Shown: positions 55,036-64,000 of the stretch, one piece after another
How positions within the stretch are numbered: position 1 is the stretch's first letter
Layout of the letters: each line of letters opens with the position of its first letter
DNA from: the human T2T-CHM13v2.0 reference genome, Homo sapiens
Strand: one strand, 5' to 3'
Assembly (NCBI RefSeq): GCF_009914755.1
Contig: NC_060939.1
Length of the DNA stretch: 64,000 nt
Program-made: the position numbers and the translations under genes
Notes under the pieces: generated by a model
The model's input: only the letters and a program-made list of their open reading frames with translations
Told to the model about the DNA's origin: nothing
Database searches by the model: none

Positions 55036-57942
55036 AATGCTACCCCTGCTTTTAAGAAGTCACCTTATCCAAATTAAAGTATATGAACACAACTTCCTTA
55101 TCTTATTCATAATCCATCTCTATTTTTGCTATTCAGTTACTGTAATCTACATTTTAAATAAGAGACTTTAGAAGTGCATCAAAAACTATACTTCTTGGCC
55201 TGTACACTATAACTTCCACCACAGTTAACTGTTCCTATAACCTGGCTCCAAATTACACAACAATCCACAGAGGAAGGGAAACTAAAGAGAAAGATGGACA
55301 TCTGCTGACTCATTCTTCATTCCTCCATTTGTTAATATTTATTAACTACCATGTGCCAGCCTATGCCAGGTACTGGAAATACAACACTAAGCATAGTACC
55401 ATCTCCAATCTCCAGGACATTATAATCAAGTGCATTAGACAAGTCAATGAAGAAGAAAGAAAAGTAGATATGTACATCAACACAATGGGACTATGGAGAA
55501 CTTAGGTTTCCAAAGTGAACACACCAAATACATGACTGAAGAGAATCCTAAGAACATAATGATCAGGGATTAAGGGAAAGAAAGAGAAGAAAGAGAAAAT
55601 ATCCATAGCAGTGGTTCTCAATCATGACAGTTTTAATGTCCCCAGGGCATTCTGGAAGCCTGTAGGTGTATTTGGATTGTCACAAAAGGGGGGAATTAAA
55701 GGCATTCAGAAGGGGGAATACTAAATGCCTGCAATATGCAGTACTATCCTGCATATTTTAACAGTCCCCTTCAGGCTTTCTCTTACCAGGTACAAATAAG
55801 TCTAGTCCATTACTATCTCTTACCAGATACAAATAAGTCTAGTCTGTTATTATTTATCCTAACAGTACATTTTATTTTTCCTATGATTATTTTATGGTAT
55901 GCTTTATTTTCTCTTAAATACTTTAAATGAACTTAAATAAATGAACTGTATTCATTTTAACTGATGCATCTCACTACCTCATTATATCTCATAATGCAGT
56001 AGTCTATGAGTTTAAATATTAAAAAATAAATTATTTCACACTTATAGGTATAGGATATATTTATTGTTTTTAAAAATTATATCTATTAATTTCATTTTAA
56101 GCTAGTAAAGGAGGTATCTTATTTCTTATAAATACCCGTCATAAAAAGTGGGAGGGTATCAGTCTGATACGGCTGAGAACTACTAATTTAGATCTGCATC
56201 TGGACAAAGGGTGAGTTACATTCCATCCAAAACTACTACTGATTAGTTTTAAATTAACTTTATAATACTAGAATAAATACGGCAAAAATTCCAAAAGATG
56301 ACAACACTATTTTAGAAATATGTAGGTCCCCAAATAAAGCAAAAATATTTAAGACCACTCTCTCAGAGCTAAACAATGGATAAAAAACTACTCAAAGAGC
56401 TGATAAGGGGATGAGAGAAGAATTTTGGAAATTAAAATTAGGATGCTTAGGTTGGCTCTGAAAATAACACAGGTAAAAAAAAGACACAGCTACTAAAGTT
56501 TCTCAAATAATTGTATAAAAATAAGCATATTTTAGGTAAACAAAATGAACATTAACTGCTGATCTTGGGAGAAATGTATTACAGCAAATTGACTTCTCAC
56601 TAGAAAACGTCTTGAGAGCTCTTCAAACCTAACAGTATTGTGTCTTCACTCTTAACAGTACTGCTTCACAGCTGTCACTCTGAATATGAGAACATGTCCG
56701 TCCTTGTGCCACAAACTGGCAAATTTAATTAAGCTGCTGCAGCAACAAGATGCTGACTCAGATACGCCAGACTAGGAATGTCAAGAAATTCTAGCAGTTT
56801 AAATTGGCTACATTCAGCAAAGAATGAAATGGTAGCACATCAAGATCATTTCCTTGTGCAGTGCTGTCAAGAACTTCATCAGGGTGTAAACCAAAAGCAT
56901 CTGACAGGGTTTCTCTATTCACGTATACAGCATTATATTTTATTTTGGTTGATGGTTTGAAGTTTTGCCCCTGCATTTTGTCAACTACCCATTCTCCTTT
57001 CTCAAAGTTTCTATGGAAAAAAAAAAACCAAAAAACAAACAGGGTAGAATCCAAAACTTTAAGTTTCCTATACTTTAAGTACTGGTTTGGTAGCTTATTT
57101 AAAAGTAGCGTTTGGAAATGGTGCTTCTAGTCTCCATTTCAAGTCTACTAGTATCTTCTGAGTTTGATTTATTTTCCTAAGTTAAACGTGTTAGAGCTTT
57201 ATATATATATATTTCCATTTAAAGCTATTTCCCCGCTTGTTTGCTTAAAACTCAGTTACGAGTATCTGCAAACAGAAACTTTAATTAAAAAAAAAAGGTA
57301 ATCGTTTACAGTGGCTATTTCTACATGAACGGCTCATGGGTCATTTTAATATCCTCTTTTATTTTCTTGGGGGACTTTCCAAATATTCTATAATTTTTTT
57401 TCATGCTTCAAAGAAAAGTAACACAATATTAACTTTTTATATTATTCATTTGTAAAAACACTATTCGAGTTGTTCTTTCATTTTACAAACACTTATGGAG
57501 CACAGAGAGTAAAAGGAAAATTTTTTTTATCTTGAAATTAACAGAATAAAAGGCCTTGTTTTTCAACAAGAAAACAGTTGTAAACAATAAAGCCTGAAAT
57601 AACTGTAATAATTATTACAGCAATTAAGAATTATTACAGTAATTACTGTAACAATGATTGTAATAATTCTTAATAAAACAAAGTTAGGAAAAAAGACTAG
57701 AAACATCATATCAATAACTTGTGTATTTTTTCTATAGTACAAAGTAAATTATACTAATAGATTATTTTGTGCTCTATAGAAATCTAAAGAAAACAAGGAT
57801 ATTCTAAGAAAAAAATATTTTAGGAGTTAGGTATGCCCAACTTCCAGCAAAATGCCTTTTTCCTTGTACAAAGCCAGGCTATAACCCACACCTGGGATAT
57901 GCTGAACAGAAGTGGACTTGAAAAGAACCGTAAAAATAAACT

Positions 57943-60215
<2,273 letters not shown>

Positions 60216-61295
60216 AATCAAGATGACTGAAAATGGGAAAGAACAAAGATAGAGGAGTAAGAGGGGACAACGGACAGAAAAGATAACTGAGAAAGCAGGA
60301 AAAGATGGGGAGATACGTTTCCTCCACTGTAAAAGGAGAAACGAAGAAAGTAAATGTTGAGCTTCCCTGGGGGAGTTTCCTAATTCCTCATTTGGTGTAT
60401 TTATACATTTTTCTAGTAAACTCAATTACTTGGTTTCCGGATTCATCAACAACAGAGTAGAAATAGTCGATCAAAAAGCAAAGAAGAGCTACTACAGGCA
60501 AGTTGGCAGTAAGAAGTAAAAATTATCACTTAATAGTCATTAAATATCAGAGAGGAAAAAAACCTTTAGCAATTTGGCAATATCTATTAAAATATAAACT
60601 GTACATATTGTCTGACCAAACAATTCAATTTCTGTGAGTATATCTTACAGAAATAACTATAAAAATTCACCAATATATTGTTTTTAATTACCAAAAAAAA
60701 AGAAGAAAAGGGAACACAATGTTTTGCAACACAAGACTAGTTAAATGAATTAAAAGTACATCTATAGGCTATATAGTGAGGTAATATGCAACCATTAAGA
60801 TTGAACTAAATGCTGGGGCATGAAAAGATATTCAAAATATCACTTTAAATGACAGATAATTGCAAAACAGTTTTATAGTATATTTTTAGTATGATCCCAT
60901 TTTGTATTATATACCTGTATATGTATGTGTGCGTGTACACGTTATAAACAGTATACTGCTTAGTACTATACTAAACAATTATTAGTATAATATTGGTACC
61001 ATACTAAAACATTTATTGGTATAAATGTTTCCATAGTATTATACTATATTGGTACAGTATTATAAAAATATTGGGATAGTTTAGCATAGTATTATAAAAT
61101 ACTATAAAATTGTTTTGCAGTTCATGTGTGGAGAAAGGAATGAAGGTCTGAAAAGATAAATACCAGTGTTAAAAGTTGTTTTACTTTAAACATTTCTATA
61201 ATTTGAATGTTTAATACTAGAGATACACATAAAACTTCAACTATCAGAAAAACGACCATCAAATATGGAAATAAATAACCAAATAAACATATTAC

Positions 61296-61400
61296 CTGTT
61301 GGATAAAACACGTAGTTCTTTTAAACTTGGAGCCATGGAATGATCTTTATAATTTTCTCGAGAGAAAAATGTCTTAAGGCCATTTTTGGGGGAAATATCC
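61296..61400 (-). CDS. ICE2: ICE2 exon 3 (DISPKNGLKTFFSRENYKDHSMAPSLKELRVLSN-R)
   Basis: Acceptor tcacag|G, donor CAG|GTAATA; 105 nt, phase 2-2, continuous frame. Confidence 0.93.
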
Positions 61401-63169
61401 CTGTGAAACAAAGTAATTTACTTACATTTGACAATTCAAAATCTCATGCTAGACTATGACACATAATGGCACAATTGTAACTTACAATTTCATACCTTCT
61501 TACCCCCCCATCCCCAGACAATCTCTTCTTACTATGTTTAATTTCATATACCAGATCTGTGGGCTTAGAAGTGTTACTTCTTGGATAGCTTTAAACCCAG
61601 GCCCATTATGGAATTCTCCAGCTCCAATAATCAGCTCTACATTTTCTGTAGTACACAATTAAATAAATGTCACAGAGACTGGAAAGTTAAAGATAGAAAA
61701 GACTGAAGTATAATCAAGGGTCTGTCAAAGGCTGGCCTCACTTCTGGCTCTAGGACATAACATTAAGATACTTGGTTGCTGAAAACACTTCTCAACTTAT
61801 TTTTGTTTCATGCACTACTGTGCTGAGCCAAAAGACACTACAAAGACTAAATAGCCTAGCTATTTTGTTTACTTTGGCAAATGGGATAACTGGTTTGCTA
61901 AAACCACCTCAAAGGTGATATGATTTTTCATAACACCATAATTAATTTAGAGACTAACATATTATATTCAATGCTTTCCATATAGTTAGGCATCCAAAAA
62001 TGCTGTTTGAATGAAGGAATTAAAAACTTGAAAACACTGAATCCATTAACGTTACTAGGGAGGACAAAGGTCAGTAAAATTCCGTGGAAAAGGATAATTC
62101 CAAGGGCTACAATATTGTGCAAAGGTTCTAAACCACAACTAGTTCCACAATGCCGGTGGTATACAAGAGCATCTGTGCTACATCTGAATGCATACTTTAT
62201 AGCACTGGCAAGGAATGCAAATGTGCATACCTCTTACCTAATCAAATGGTAACTTCTGGGTGTCCTAGTGCCCAGATAGGAAATTCTAGCATATTTGCTC
62301 CATACTCTTCTCCTTTTTAAACTGTTCTTAAAGGCATTTATCCAAAAAACTATATTAAGGTATTAATGGTAAAATTAGAAAGTCTTATTTGCTATGCATC
62401 AGTATAGTTTCTTATTACCTTGTCGTGGTATTGTATCTGTGACATCTCAATAAATTCTTAAGTTTCTGCACATCATATAAAAACAAAGTAAAGGGTCTCA
62501 GGGATTGTGAGCTCCCTGGGGATGGGAGTGTTGTTAGCAATAAACAAATACTCAATGAACATACTGACTTAATAGTCTGAGTCAGGTACTATTTTAATAC
62601 TCTTTGTAACCATTTATAACATTTGATCCTCCTTGGCTGGCTTAGTAAATGTGTGTTAAAATGAACTAAAGCAGCACATGTATTAGCTAGATGGCTACAA
62701 AACCACTATATTATTTAACCAGGTTCTCTATTTGCAAAGTTCTCATACACTTTTAAAATACAGTCTATGCATTTATATCATTTGATATAGATTTCAATAT
62801 AACAAAAAGCATGTCTATTCTTAAAGAGGGTCTTTTTTATTACTTGTATGGAAATGGGCCAAGGTTCTTGGACTCAAGAAAATTCCAGTATCTCTCCTTC
62901 ACAGGAGACCAACAATAAATACCTGAGGGAATTATACCTAAAAATAATTTGAGTGCTGAACTGTGTTGTTCCACTATAGGAGTGGAAGTACAGTCAGCCA
63001 TAACTCTAGCATTCCGTATGTGAAGATGAGGATAGGGTAAATTCTGAGACCCTAAACTTGTATTTTCTGTTTCCTCCAAATCTCTCTATGCCAGAAATCT
63101 ATTTTCTTATGTCAACCATCAGCCCCACTACACTCCTCTTCAGTGGATTACAAAGTGGCTACAACTCAC

Positions 63170-63210
63170 CAATTCAGTCCTGGTTCACTTATGACCATCT
63201 TGGAGCTCAT
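63170..63210 (-). CDS. ICE2: ICE2 exon 2 coding part (MSSKMVISEPGLN-W); whole exon probably 63170-63302 including 5'UTR
   Basis: ATG in aagATGa context at 63210; donor TTG|GTGAGT; upstream acceptor ttttactcag at 63303-63304; matches the recalled ICE2/NARG2 N-terminus; 41 nt, phase 2. Confidence 0.93.
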
Positions 63211-63879
63211 CTTCCTAGATTTCTGCTTCACTCTAGCTCACAGTTCACAGCTGCCTGGCTGCGAAGGCTCCAAGAGGCAGGATCCCTCCAGAACTTACTC
63301 AGCTGAGTAAAAACAAAAGGCCAAGATCAAAAGCAAGTGATTGGCTAGGCCAGGTGCTATTAGGTGAGGAAGAATCTCTCCCTAAACATCTACCCTCAAC
63401 AGACTGTGGCACCTAAAACAGAATACAGCAGACCCAAGGTTCTTTGTAGCAGAGCAGCAATGACGATACAGGACGAGCCCTTTTCCATTTAATCTACGCC
63501 GGGAGTGTTACTCTCAGGACACTCACTATGGAAATAAGAGCTGAAACAGAACGGTGTTCTCATTGCTTACATACTAGGCCACTTGATGGCATGGAACGGG
63601 AAGTCAACTCAGTTTTCCATTCCCTTACTGCCAAAATAAATCTTTTGTTTTCCCGACCATGCTTTGTTATGGGGCAGATTCTGGCAGGCACTTTATGACA
63701 AAAGCTACCTCGATATCAGGAATCTTAGGCCTTTCACAAAGAACCTCACATTTGAGAAGACTTGAGGTCAACTTAAGTGACATTTCACAAGATCACTTAC
63801 AGACATCATCAGGACTACAAATCAGGCTTGATCTCTCATGTTCAGTACTTCTCCTGTGACCCCAGGCAGACTGATAAAG

Positions 63880-64000
63880 TGACATGCGAGAACCTAATCA
63901 AATTTAGGAGTCGGTCTCTCGGCACCGAACGGGCCCGACCGGCTCCCACTTAATCTACCTCTCACACTTCGACCCAGTGTGGAGCTGGGGGGGAATAGTC
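63880..64000. promoter_or_regulatory. Edge of CpG-rich promoter region (probably ICE2 intron 1, near exon 1)
   Basis: Abrupt rise in GC and CpG density (gtcggtctctcggcaccgaacgggcccgaccggc), ~600 nt upstream of exon 2. Confidence 0.6.

Noticed and set aside
55779-55844. Repeat-spacer-repeat pattern reminiscent of CRISPR
   Set aside because: Only two copies with an 8-nt spacer, in human DNA with no cas genes

Overview
Human (primate) genomic DNA, AT-rich and Alu-dense, containing nearly the whole ICE2 gene (NARG2; little elongation complex subunit 2) on the minus strand. I reconstructed 15 coding exons by hand, from the ATG at 63210 to the TGA at 8827-8829. All are flanked by GT-AG sites and are phase-consistent, totalling 2949 nt (982 aa plus stop). 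I number them exons 2-16 because an acceptor precedes the ATG exon and a CpG-rich edge starts near 63880, so a non-coding exon 1 and promoter probably lie just beyond the window. The 3'UTR may run up to ~4 kb, with several candidate poly(A) signals and an inverted Alu pair. Introns hold ~40 Alus plus L1, L2, MIR, MaLR/ERV LTRs and DNA transposon fossils; subfamily names are from memory and approximate. Most short ORFs in the track are Alu-derived or chance. I see no wholly new biological system. The best leads are: an in-frame 220-nt ORF behind a strong acceptor in intron 3 (possible short ICE2 isoform); a perfect 16-bp palindrome centred on the exon-2 acceptor with a GTAAGT donor 4 nt into the exon; inverted Alus and hairpins in the 3'UTR; a candidate poison exon in the last intron; and two inverted Alus sharing non-consensus variants.
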